DNA of 64,000 nucleotides from Betaproteobacteria bacterium Ga0077523 (GTDB lineage: Bacteria > Pseudomonadota > Gammaproteobacteria > Burkholderiales > Ga0077523), in NCBI GenBank assembly GCA_001464695.1, contig LNDQ01000108.1, positions 148,090 through 212,089 of the forward strand, given 5' to 3'. The position numbers and the translations under genes are program-made. Positions 1 to 7,214 of this stretch are shown one piece after another (positions within the stretch are counted from its first letter, which is position 1; the number at the start of each line of letters is the position of its first letter). A model generated the notes under the pieces. That model did no database searches. It saw only the letters and a list, made by a program, of their open reading frames with translations, and was not told where the DNA came from.

Positions 1-568
1 CGGTATCGGCCGCCGACGCTGCCTCGCGCTCCGATCCGCGTGCCGTCGATGCCGGAGACTCCGTCCGGTTCGCGAATACCTTGGACTTGGGCACATCCGT
101 GAGCTCCGCTGGCGCCATCTCGTACTCGGGAGACCCGGCGCCAGCGGAGTCCTTGCTGGCCGGTTCCGGTCCCCGCGCTCGACCATCGGTTCGCCTGGCG
201 GCAACCATATCGTCGGTAGTGCTTGGGGGCGTCCGGGACGCGGACGGCGCGGCGGGCGGCGACGCGCCGGGTTGCTCCGGGTACGGCTCCACCGTCAAAC
301 CGGGCTCGCTGCCCCGATCGACCATCAGCGAAAGACTGGTCGCCACCACCAGGACCGCTGCGGCGGCCAGCGGCACCTGCCAGCGGCGCCAGGGTGACCG
401 GCCGACCAGCGTCGGCCGCGCACTCACCGCGCGACGCGCGGCGGCAAGAATGGCCGCGTCGACATGCGGCGGCGGCGCTTCCGCGACGGACTCCGCCCGC
501 AGTCGTTGGCGCGCAGCGGCCGTAGCCGCCAGCAGCTCGTCGAGTTCGCGGTCGGATTCCGGCGTCAT
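1..568 (-). CDS. putative anti-sigma factor (partial; C-terminus lies beyond the left window edge)
   Basis: My own minus-strand translation from the ATG at 566-568 gives MTPESDRELDELLAATAAARQRLRAES.... The start forms an ATGA overlap with the stop of the upstream ECF sigma gene. There is a single hydrophobic span (WQVPLAAAAVLVVATSLSLMV) and the frame stays open to position 1. It is absent from the ORF track, probably because it is truncated. Confidence 0.6.
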   Translation of the reverse strand, partial: MTPESDRELDELLAATAAARQRLRAESVAEAPPPHVDAAILAAARRAVSARPTLVGRSPWRRWQVPLAAAAVLVVATSLSLMVDRGSEPGLTVEPYPEQPGASPPAAPSASRTPPSTTDDMVAARRTDGRARGPEPASKDSAGAGSPEYEMAPAELTDVPKSKVFANRTESPASTARGSEREAASAADT

Positions 569-1143
569 CAATCCATCTCCCCGGCGAGTTCCGCGCGCAG
601 GCGGACTAGCGCATAGCGCAGACGGCTCTTGGCTGTCTCGCGCCCGACACCGGTCAGTTCGGCGATCTCCTCGAGTGTCAGCTCACCCTCTTCGTGCAGC
701 AGGAAAGCCTCGCGCTGCGCTGCCGGCAACCGCTCGACCGCATCGGCCACCCGTTCGAGACGGCGCTTCATCGCCACGGCCGCCTCCGGCTGCTCGCGCA
801 CCGGCGCCGCCAGACTCGCCGCGATGGTCTCGCCGGCCTCGTCATCAAGCGACACGGTGCCGCTGCCGTCGCGACGCAGCACGTCGATCATGCGATTGTG
901 CGCAATCTGATAGAGAAACGTCTTGAAGCGCGCTTCCACGCGATAGCGTTCGCGCGCGTTGATGAGATTCATCCAGGCATCCTGAAATACTTCCTCGGCC
1001 CGTGCCGCATCCCGCCCCATGCGCAGGCAGAATCGATAGAGCCCGCCCCGGTGGCGTTCGTAGAGGATCGCGAACGCCCCGGCATCGCCGTCATCGCGAT
1101 AACGCAGCATCAGCGCCTCGTCGGTCGGATCCGCGTCCGTCAT
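568..1143 (-). CDS. RNA polymerase ECF-type sigma-70 factor
   Basis: Translation from MTDADPTDEALMLRYRDDGDAGAFAILYERHRGGLYRFC shows region 2 (FQDAWMNLI, YQIAHNRMID) and region 4 (LPAAQREAFLLHEEGELTLEEIAELTGVGRETAKSRLRYA). I chose the ATG at 1141-1143 rather than the longer track ORF. Confidence 0.9.
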   Translation of the reverse strand: MTDADPTDEALMLRYRDDGDAGAFAILYERHRGGLYRFCLRMGRDAARAEEVFQDAWMNLINARERYRVEARFKTFLYQIAHNRMIDVLRRDGSGTVSLDDEAGETIAASLAAPVREQPEAAVAMKRRLERVADAVERLPAAQREAFLLHEEGELTLEEIAELTGVGRETAKSRLRYALVRLRAELAGEMD

Positions 1144-1205
1144 GGCGCAAGAGTGTAGCGAACGCCGGGGCGACAGCGCAGAACCGGGTTGTTGAGGACT
1201 GAAAC

Positions 1206-1232
1206 GGAACCGGCGGCGCTTCGGGGTCGAAC
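1206..1232 (+). promoter_or_regulatory. candidate ECF-type promoter (GGAAC-N16-TCGAAC) facing the HlyD operon
   Basis: GGAAC at 1206-1210 is followed 16 nt later by TCGAAC at 1227-1232. The site lies in the divergent intergenic region between the ECF sigma gene and the adaptor gene. Motif match only. Confidence 0.25.
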
Positions 1233-1375
1233 AAGCGCCCTCAGGGATCCCATGATCGTGCAGGACTCCGACCGACGACGATATTTGCTTGCAAGCTCGA
1301 AGGTGCCGGCACCGGCTTCGCGCAAGCGCCTGCAAAGCGGCTCCGGAATTCGAAAAACTTTTTTATTTCCGGACC

Positions 1376-1404
1376 TTTACAATCGATTTCGGGCTCGCCA
1401 GAAT
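1376..1404 (+). promoter_or_regulatory. candidate sigma-70 promoter TTTACA-N17-CAGAAT
   Basis: TTTACA at 1376-1381 and CAGAAT at 1399-1404 are separated by a 17-nt spacer. They sit in the only AT-rich patch of the intergenic region, about 30 nt upstream of the ATG at 1433. A 7-bp inverted repeat (TCCGGAA 1342-1348, TTCCGGA 1367-1373) lies just upstream. Confidence 0.3.
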
Positions 1405-1432
1405 GCGCCGGCCTCAACCGAGACCCTGCTGC

Positions 1433-2254
1433 ATGAATGCTCAACGAATTGCCCCATTGGTGCTGTCGATCGCGCTCACCTGGGGTGCGAACGCCTGCGC
1501 CGCCGAACTGGCGGATGAGTATGACTGCCTCGTCGAAGCCCGCACCACCGCCGAGATCCGCAGCCCGATCGAAGGCCTGATCGAGCAGGTCCACGTCCGA
1601 CGGGGCGACTTCGTCCGCAAGGGCCAGGTGGTCGTCACCCTCGAGTCGGGGCCCGAACGGGCGGCGCTGGCGTTGGCCCGGTCCAAGGCCACCATGAAGG
1701 GGCCGCTCGAAGCCTCTGCGTCCCGACTCGACTTCGCTGTCAAGAAAGAGCAGCGCGCGATCGAACTCTACAAGCAGAAATTCGTCTCGGCCGGCGCGCT
1801 GGACGAAGCGCGCACCCAGCGCGAACTGGCGGAATCGGAGCTGAAGGAAGCGCGCGAGAACCAGAAACTGAACGAACTCGAGATGCAGCGCGCCGAGGAG
1901 GTGGTCAAGCTGCGCACCATCCGCAGCCCGTTCAACGGTGTGGTGATCGAGCGCTACCTTTCGAGCGGCGAATTCGCCACCGCCAACGTCAAGAATCCGA
2001 TCCTGAAGCTCGCCGAAGTGGACCCGCTCAACGTCGAAGTGATCCTGCCGGCCAACCTGTACGGCAAGATCAAGGTCGGTGCCCGCGCCAAGGTCGCACC
2101 CGAAGCACCCGGCGGCGAGTTCACCGCGGCGGTCGTGCTCGTGGACCGCGTCATCGATGCGGCCAGCGGTACCTTCGGCGTGCGCCTCGAACTGCCCAAC
2201 GCCAACCAGCAGATCCCGGCAGGCGCGAAGTGTCGCGTGAAGTTTCCGAAGTGA
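1433..2254 (+). CDS. HlyD/membrane-fusion-protein family periplasmic adaptor (secreted form)
   Basis: Signal peptide MNAQRIAPLVLSIALTWGANACAAE. Lipoyl-like hairpin halves (IRSPIEGLIEQVHVRRGDFVRKGQVVVTLE ... IRSPFNGVVIERYL) flank a coiled coil (ELAESELKEARENQKLNELEMQRAEE). An alternative ATG exists at 1403. Confidence 0.85.
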   Translation: MNAQRIAPLVLSIALTWGANACAAELADEYDCLVEARTTAEIRSPIEGLIEQVHVRRGDFVRKGQVVVTLESGPERAALALARSKATMKGPLEASASRLDFAVKKEQRAIELYKQKFVSAGALDEARTQRELAESELKEARENQKLNELEMQRAEEVVKLRTIRSPFNGVVIERYLSSGEFATANVKNPILKLAEVDPLNVEVILPANLYGKIKVGARAKVAPEAPGGEFTAAVVLVDRVIDAASGTFGVRLELPNANQQIPAGAKCRVKFPK

Positions 2255-2736
2255 TCCGGTCGGCGTTCATGGCCGTCGCGCTGCTCGCAGCGACGGCAGT
2301 CTCGCCCGTGGCTGCGCAACAGAATCAAGCGGCACTGACTGCGACCGTCCCTGCCGGCACTCACAAGACGCTGCGCTTGCGGAATCTGCCGAAGGACGCG
2401 CAGATCGCGGTCGCAGTCCAGGCCACCGGCCGCGTCGTCGTGACGTTTCTCACTGAAAGCGACTTCAAGCGCTATCCAAATCCGGAGGAGCCGGTGTTCA
2501 CCGCCCCGGTGGAGCGCCGCCTCTCCTTCGCGCTCGTCATGCCGGAGTCGGGCAACTACTATGTGGTGTTCGACAACACCAAGGGCACGGAAGAACGGAA
2601 GGTGCAGATGGTGATCCGCGCGGCGCGCGGCGCAGCGCAAGTGCCTGCGCCGGCCAATCCTTCAGCGCCAGGCGCCATCGTGCCCCCGGGACCACCACCA
2701 CCGACACAGCCGAAGGCGCAGCAGCACGACATGTAA
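2251..2736 (+). CDS. secreted protein of unknown function with Pro-rich C-terminal tail
   Basis: The GTG at 2251 forms a GTGA overlap with the adaptor stop (an alternative ATG lies at 2269). The signal peptide ends AVSPVAAQQ. The core is beta-rich and the tail reads PAPANPSAPGAIVPPGPPPPTQPK. I recognise no family. Confidence 0.6.
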   Translation: MIRSAFMAVALLAATAVSPVAAQQNQAALTATVPAGTHKTLRLRNLPKDAQIAVAVQATGRVVVTFLTESDFKRYPNPEEPVFTAPVERRLSFALVMPESGNYYVVFDNTKGTEERKVQMVIRAARGAAQVPAPANPSAPGAIVPPGPPPPTQPKAQQHDM

Positions 2737-2804
2737 GGTGCCGCGGCGATCAGGTCGCGGCGAATGTCTCTTGATCGCCGCGTGAATCTGTTCGGCCATC
2801 CGAG

Positions 2805-2899
2805 ATGCTCCGGGGTCAGAGATGCTCCGGGGTCAGGTCTTGCATTCATGCTCCGGGGTCAGGTCTTGCATTCATGCTCCGGGGTCAGGTCTTGCCTTC
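2805..2899. repeat. 26-bp tandem repeat (ATGCTCCGGGGTCAGGTCTTGCATTC), 3 full units plus 1 truncated unit
   Basis: Units at 2805-2819 (truncated), 2822-2847, 2848-2873 and 2874-2899. It lies in the 218-nt gap between two convergent stop codons (2736 and 2955). Confidence 0.9.
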
Positions 2900-2954
2900 A
2901 CGCATTCCCGCATCCTCACGACCAGACGAGCAGATCGCCACTTCCAACCATCGC

Positions 2955-4919
2955 CTACTCCGCCCGCCCCGCGAACGCCAGCAGATCTCCGAGATAATCG
3001 TCCATCTCGAGCACTTCCTTGCGCATCATGTAGTGCACCTGTTCGGCGCGTTTCTGCGCGAGGTTGAAGAGCAGCCGTCCGGCGTTCGCGTCCGACAATG
3101 CGCGTCCGAGCAGCTTGTGGAAGAAGCTGCCGTAGCGCTGGATCAGTTCGTCCTCGAGACTCACGAACACCTCGCAGCTTCCGGGGTCGCCCTGCCGTGC
3201 GCAGCGCCCGAAGAGCTGGCGATCGATACGGCCCGCTTCATTCATCTCGGTCGTGACCACGTGCAGGCCACCGGCTGCGAGTGACTCGGGGGTCAGTTTG
3301 ATATCGGTGCCGCGGCCTGCCATGTTGGTCGCCACGGTGATGCGGCCCGGTTGCCCGGCGGCGGCAACAATCTCCGCCTCTTCCTTGTCCTGTCGCGCAT
3401 TGAGCACGCGATGTTCAAGTCCTGCCGCCGTAAGAAGCGCCGCCAGACGCTCGGACGCTTCCACGGTCCGGGTGCCGACCAGCACCGGCCGACCCCGCTC
3501 GTGCTCGCGGCGGATCGACTCCAGCGCCGCCGCATACTTCTCCTCGAGCGTCGGCAGCAGCATCGGCGGTGCGATCCTGCGCAGCACCGGCTTGCGCGTC
3601 GGCACGCGCGTCACCTTGAGGCGATACACGGCCCAGAGCTCGGCCGAGATCTCCTTGGCAGTGCCGGTCATGCCGGACAATCGAAGATAGCGCCGGAAGA
3701 ACCGCTGGTACGAGATACGCGCCAGCGTCTCGCGCTGGCCGGTGAGTTCGCAACCTTCCTTCACCTCGATCAGCTGGTGCAGGCCACGCTCCCACGAGCG
3801 GTCCGCCATCGTGCGGCCGGTGTACTCGTCCACGATGACGATCTTGCCCTCTTCCACGAGGTAGTGCTTGTCGCGCTGGTACTGGTGCGTTGCCGACAGC
3901 GCCTGCTTCACGAGTTCCTCGCGCCGGTTGGGTCCGGTCCACAAGCCGCGCATGTCGGCGGCAAGCTCCTTCAATCGCTGTTTGCCGGTATCGGTGATAC
4001 GGATGCTGGTCTGGTGATGCTCGAGCACGAAATCCTCGTCACGCACGAGCTGCCCTGCGAGCCCGAGCGCTTCGCGATACAGGCGCTCCAGGCCCGAGTC
4101 GCCGGTGTCACCGGAGATGATGAGCGGCGTGCGCGCCTCGTCCACCAGGACGCTGTCGACCTCGTCGACGATCGCGAACGACAGTCCACGCAAGGTGAGA
4201 TCGCTGTCGCCGCCACCACCCGTGACCTTGTCGACGGCGTAGCGCAACGCGCGGGGCCGACCCTTCAGCTTCATGCGATCGCGCAGGTAGTCGAAGGTGA
4301 CGTCCTTGTTGGTGCAATACGTGATGTCGTTGCGGTACTGCGCGGGGCGATCTGGCAGCGCGACATCCTGGGTAACGCAGCCGACGGTGAGGCCGAGCGA
4401 GCGGTACAGCGGCCCCATCTCCTCGGCGTCGCGCGCGGCCAGGTAGTCGTTCACGGTCACCACATGCGTGGGCCACCCACCGAGCGCAGCGGTGGCGGCG
4501 GCGAGAGTTGCGGTGAGAGTCTTGCCTTCGCCGGTTTCCATCTCGGCGATGCGGCCCGACAGCAGGATCCAGCCGCCCGCCAGTTGGACGTCGTAGTGGC
4601 GCACACCGAGCGTGTGGCGGGCAGCAGCACGTACCAGCGCGAACGCCTGTGCGACCAGGGGATCGGTGAATCCGTCACGCTTCAGTTTCGGCCGCAGTTC
4701 CATGGCCCGCGCGCGCAACTGCTCCAGCGTCAGCTCGTCGCACTGCGGTCCCGCCGCGTTCACGGCGGCAATGAACGCATCGAAGCGGCCCTTGCGCATC
4801 GCATGCATCCGCTCGAGCCACAAGGCGGGGCGGCGGGCGGTGCGCTCCAGCCAGTTCTCGCGCGGTTCGAGCTTCTCCGGGTAGAACCCGTGACCGAGGA
4901 TCTGGGTGGTACTAGACAC
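2955..4919 (-). CDS. SecA-like DEAD-motor ATPase, C-terminally truncated relative to canonical SecA
   Basis: Walker A METGEGKTLTATL (GEGKT at 4518-4532), Walker B/DEAD FAIVDEVDSVLVDEARTPLIISG, and NBD2 motifs TNMAGRGTDIKL and GRCARQGDPGS. The protein is 654 aa and ends shortly after the start of the scaffold helix (AQKRAEQVHYMMRKEVLEMDDY). Its start overlaps the upstream gene by 8 nt. Confidence 0.85.
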   Translation of the reverse strand: MSSTTQILGHGFYPEKLEPRENWLERTARRPALWLERMHAMRKGRFDAFIAAVNAAGPQCDELTLEQLRARAMELRPKLKRDGFTDPLVAQAFALVRAAARHTLGVRHYDVQLAGGWILLSGRIAEMETGEGKTLTATLAAATAALGGWPTHVVTVNDYLAARDAEEMGPLYRSLGLTVGCVTQDVALPDRPAQYRNDITYCTNKDVTFDYLRDRMKLKGRPRALRYAVDKVTGGGGDSDLTLRGLSFAIVDEVDSVLVDEARTPLIISGDTGDSGLERLYREALGLAGQLVRDEDFVLEHHQTSIRITDTGKQRLKELAADMRGLWTGPNRREELVKQALSATHQYQRDKHYLVEEGKIVIVDEYTGRTMADRSWERGLHQLIEVKEGCELTGQRETLARISYQRFFRRYLRLSGMTGTAKEISAELWAVYRLKVTRVPTRKPVLRRIAPPMLLPTLEEKYAAALESIRREHERGRPVLVGTRTVEASERLAALLTAAGLEHRVLNARQDKEEAEIVAAAGQPGRITVATNMAGRGTDIKLTPESLAAGGLHVVTTEMNEAGRIDRQLFGRCARQGDPGSCEVFVSLEDELIQRYGSFFHKLLGRALSDANAGRLLFNLAQKRAEQVHYMMRKEVLEMDDYLGDLLAFAGRAE

Positions 4920-7059
4920 TGAAGCGCTTCAGGAACAAGCGCCGGACCGATCGAAAGGTCTGCGCCGCGAGCGGCTCGGCGTCGTGATCGAAGCGCACGA
5001 ACACGCGCCCGCCGATGTGCAGGTCGGAAGTGTTGGGCGGTAGTCGCAACTCGAAGTGGAATACCGGATCGAGCGCAACCGGTCGGTCGGTCTTGCGCGG
5101 ATCGAGCGGGATGGAGCCGCCGCCGCGGTCCGACAACGCGAGGCTCGGCAGCTCATTCGAAGCAGCCGGCACTTCACGGATCACCGAGGCGGTCAGGGTC
5201 TCCGCGACACGCTCGGTGAGCTTCACTTCGATCGATCGGGTGTGGCTGCGAACGTAGTCGACGTCGTCCTGGCGCACGATGACCCGCACGATGCGCTCCG
5301 ACGGCGGCGCCACGAAGCCCAGTTGTTCGCCCCGGCGCACGAACCGTAGCGGCATGTCGCTGGGGTTCGCCAGCACGAAGCGGCCGGCGGACGGCGCCGT
5401 CACGGTGAGCCCGGCCAGCCGCTCGCGCACGCGTTTGAGTTCCTTTTCCGTGTAGGCGATCTCGTCGCGCGTCATGCCGGCCTGCACGCGAGCGTCCTGC
5501 TGCAGCGCGCGCTGCTTGAAGTCGAGTTCTTCCAGCCGCGCTTCGAGTAACCGCTCCTGCGGTGCCAGCAGCGGATCTTCGATCTCGATCAGCGTGACGC
5601 CGGCGGCCACACTGGTACCCGGAGCGGTGGCGATACGCGTGACGAAGCCGTCGGCACCGGCGCGCACGACCGATTGGTCCGGCACCCACAGGACTCCTTC
5701 GGTGCGTGTCCATACCGGAAACGGCATGAGAAAGAAGGCACCCAGGAGGACGACGGCCGTCGAACCGGCCACCGTCCACGCCCGCTGCCGCCGGCGCCGC
5801 AGGGTCTTGCCGGACGCCAGATGGACGATGCCCTTGCCGATCGGCAGGAAGATCGACGAGAACCCGGCCCAGATGGCGAGGACCACGCCGATCACGAAAT
5901 ACTCACCGGCGATGAACAGGATGATCGCGAAGGTGATGAAGAGGCGATAGATGGTGGCCGAGATGGTGTAGCCGACGAACCAGCGCTTCTCGCCCTCGGT
6001 CGCTTCCGGCGCCTGCAACTCGCGCACGCCGAAGGCGTGCCGGTTGATGAGATAGAGGACGTACTTGTTGCCGCGCGGCCCGAGGTTGGGAATCTCGATC
6101 AGATCGGCCAGCATGTAGTAACCGTCGTAGCGCAACAACGGATTACCGTTGAACAGCACCGTGGAGATACCGGCGATCAGCATCACGTTGAAGGCCATCG
6201 CACGCACCAGGCCCGGCTCGACGTTGAGCCAGACGAACATCGCGATCGCCGCGAGCACCAGTTCCGCCATCATGCCGGCGCCGCCAACGACGAACCGCTC
6301 CCACTTGCTGCGGAAGGCCGACGAGGCCGATGCGTCGACGTAAGGTACGGGCAGGAACACGAGGAACATGACGCCCATCTCGTGAACTTCACCGCCTCTG
6401 GCGCGTACCGCGCACGCATGGCCGAACTCGTGCACCGTCTTCACGATCGGAAACAGCAAAAGCATGGTGAGCAGGTTGCTCGGCGCCAGCACGCGGTCCG
6501 ACAGGTTCTCGGTGAGCTCATGCCAGGAGAACGCCGCGGCGACGCACGCAGCCGCGACGATGGCCAACCAGACGAAGAACCCCCACCGGGAGAAGAGCGG
6601 AGCGTAGAAGCCATGGGTGGCGCGCAGAATCCGATCGGGGTCGATCAGCGGCAGCTTGATCGACATCGGGTTCTTGAAGTTGCGCCACCACTTGCCCTTC
6701 TGCTGTTTGCCATAGCGGCGCAGCAGCTCGTCGACGTCGGGCGGCAGATCGCTCTGCAGCAGGTCGGAACCGTGGAGCTGACCGAGCAGGCGGATCGATT
6801 CGTCCTGGGTCGGTGCGTCGTCGCCAAGTCGGTGGCAGGCGAGATCCCAGGCTTCCTGCACCGTGCGTTCGCCATCCAGCAGTCCGATCAACTGCCACGC
6901 GGCCGGGTTGAAGCGGTACATGCGGCGCGACGCGCGATCCTGCAGCACGTACCAGAGCTGGCCGCGGTAGTGGTGGCGGTGGACCTCCGCATGCGTCTTC
7001 AGCCGCGGCTTGAGTGCCGCGACGCGGTACCAGGAGGGGCTGTGGAGTTCGGAGCTCAT
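4912..7059 (-). CDS. fusion protein: PqqD/RRE-like N-domain, M50 (site-2 protease family) zinc metalloprotease membrane domain, HlyD-type adaptor C-domain
   Basis: Start MSSELHSPSWYR (ATG 7057-7059); the longer track ORF would run into a REP element. HEFGH is encoded at 6418-6432 inside a polytopic hydrophobic region. The N-terminus WYVLQDRASRRMYRFNPAAWQLIGLLDGERTVQEAWDL looks PqqD-like. The C-terminal third has lipoyl-like and coiled-coil features of membrane-fusion proteins. Confidence 0.85.
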   Translation of the reverse strand: MSSELHSPSWYRVAALKPRLKTHAEVHRHHYRGQLWYVLQDRASRRMYRFNPAAWQLIGLLDGERTVQEAWDLACHRLGDDAPTQDESIRLLGQLHGSDLLQSDLPPDVDELLRRYGKQQKGKWWRNFKNPMSIKLPLIDPDRILRATHGFYAPLFSRWGFFVWLAIVAAACVAAAFSWHELTENLSDRVLAPSNLLTMLLLFPIVKTVHEFGHACAVRARGGEVHEMGVMFLVFLPVPYVDASASSAFRSKWERFVVGGAGMMAELVLAAIAMFVWLNVEPGLVRAMAFNVMLIAGISTVLFNGNPLLRYDGYYMLADLIEIPNLGPRGNKYVLYLINRHAFGVRELQAPEATEGEKRWFVGYTISATIYRLFITFAIILFIAGEYFVIGVVLAIWAGFSSIFLPIGKGIVHLASGKTLRRRRQRAWTVAGSTAVVLLGAFFLMPFPVWTRTEGVLWVPDQSVVRAGADGFVTRIATAPGTSVAAGVTLIEIEDPLLAPQERLLEARLEELDFKQRALQQDARVQAGMTRDEIAYTEKELKRVRERLAGLTVTAPSAGRFVLANPSDMPLRFVRRGEQLGFVAPPSERIVRVIVRQDDVDYVRSHTRSIEVKLTERVAETLTASVIREVPAASNELPSLALSDRGGGSIPLDPRKTDRPVALDPVFHFELRLPPNTSDLHIGGRVFVRFDHDAEPLAAQTFRSVRRLFLKRFSV

Positions 7060-7085
7060 CGCGTCTGGCGCCGCCGAAAAATCTC

Positions 7086-7190
7086 TTCCACCACGAAGGA
7101 CTCGAAGGACACGAAGGGCCGCGAGGGAGGTCGCGGCTTGCCGGCCTTTCCTTCGTGCACCTTCGTGTCCTTCGAGTCCTTCGTGGTGAA
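7086..7190. repeat. REP-type long inverted repeat ('HEGLEGHEG/FVSFESFVV' element) inside the operon
   Basis: Arms at 7086-7117 and 7160-7190 are near-perfect reverse complements (about 30 bp). An inner hairpin GCCGCGA-GGGAGG-TCGCGGC lies at 7118-7137. The element sits in the 155-nt gap between gene 1 and gene 2 of the operon. Confidence 0.85.
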
Positions 7191-7214
7191 GCTTTGCATT
7201 GCTGTTCCCGCCAG

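Noticed and set aside
81-926. 281-aa plus-strand ORF (and nested ORFs 223-525, 629-910 and 694-1158).
   Set aside because: It is antisense to the ECF sigma and anti-sigma genes, whose translations carry clear family motifs. Its composition is Arg/Ala/Ser-rich and low-complexity, as expected for out-of-frame reading of high-G+C DNA.
2559-2849. Minus-strand 96-aa ORF with a Cys-rich stretch (SCCCAFGCVGGGG), considered as a candidate precursor peptide.
   Set aside because: Most of it is antisense to the 3' end of the well-supported secreted-protein gene (2251-2736). It starts inside the tandem repeat and has no RBS.
2805-2899. Possible CRISPR array.
   Set aside because: The 26-bp units are directly adjacent with no spacers. 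There are only 3-4 copies and no cas genes in the window.
2764-3284. ORFs encoding repeated MLRGQVLHSCSGVRSCIHAPGSGLAF-type peptides, considered as a multi-core RiPP precursor for the neighbouring RRE-M50 protein.
   Set aside because: The repeat period is 26 bp, not divisible by 3, so each unit is read in a different frame. The three overlapping ORFs are by-products of the DNA repeat and have no RBS. They also run antisense into the SecA-like gene.
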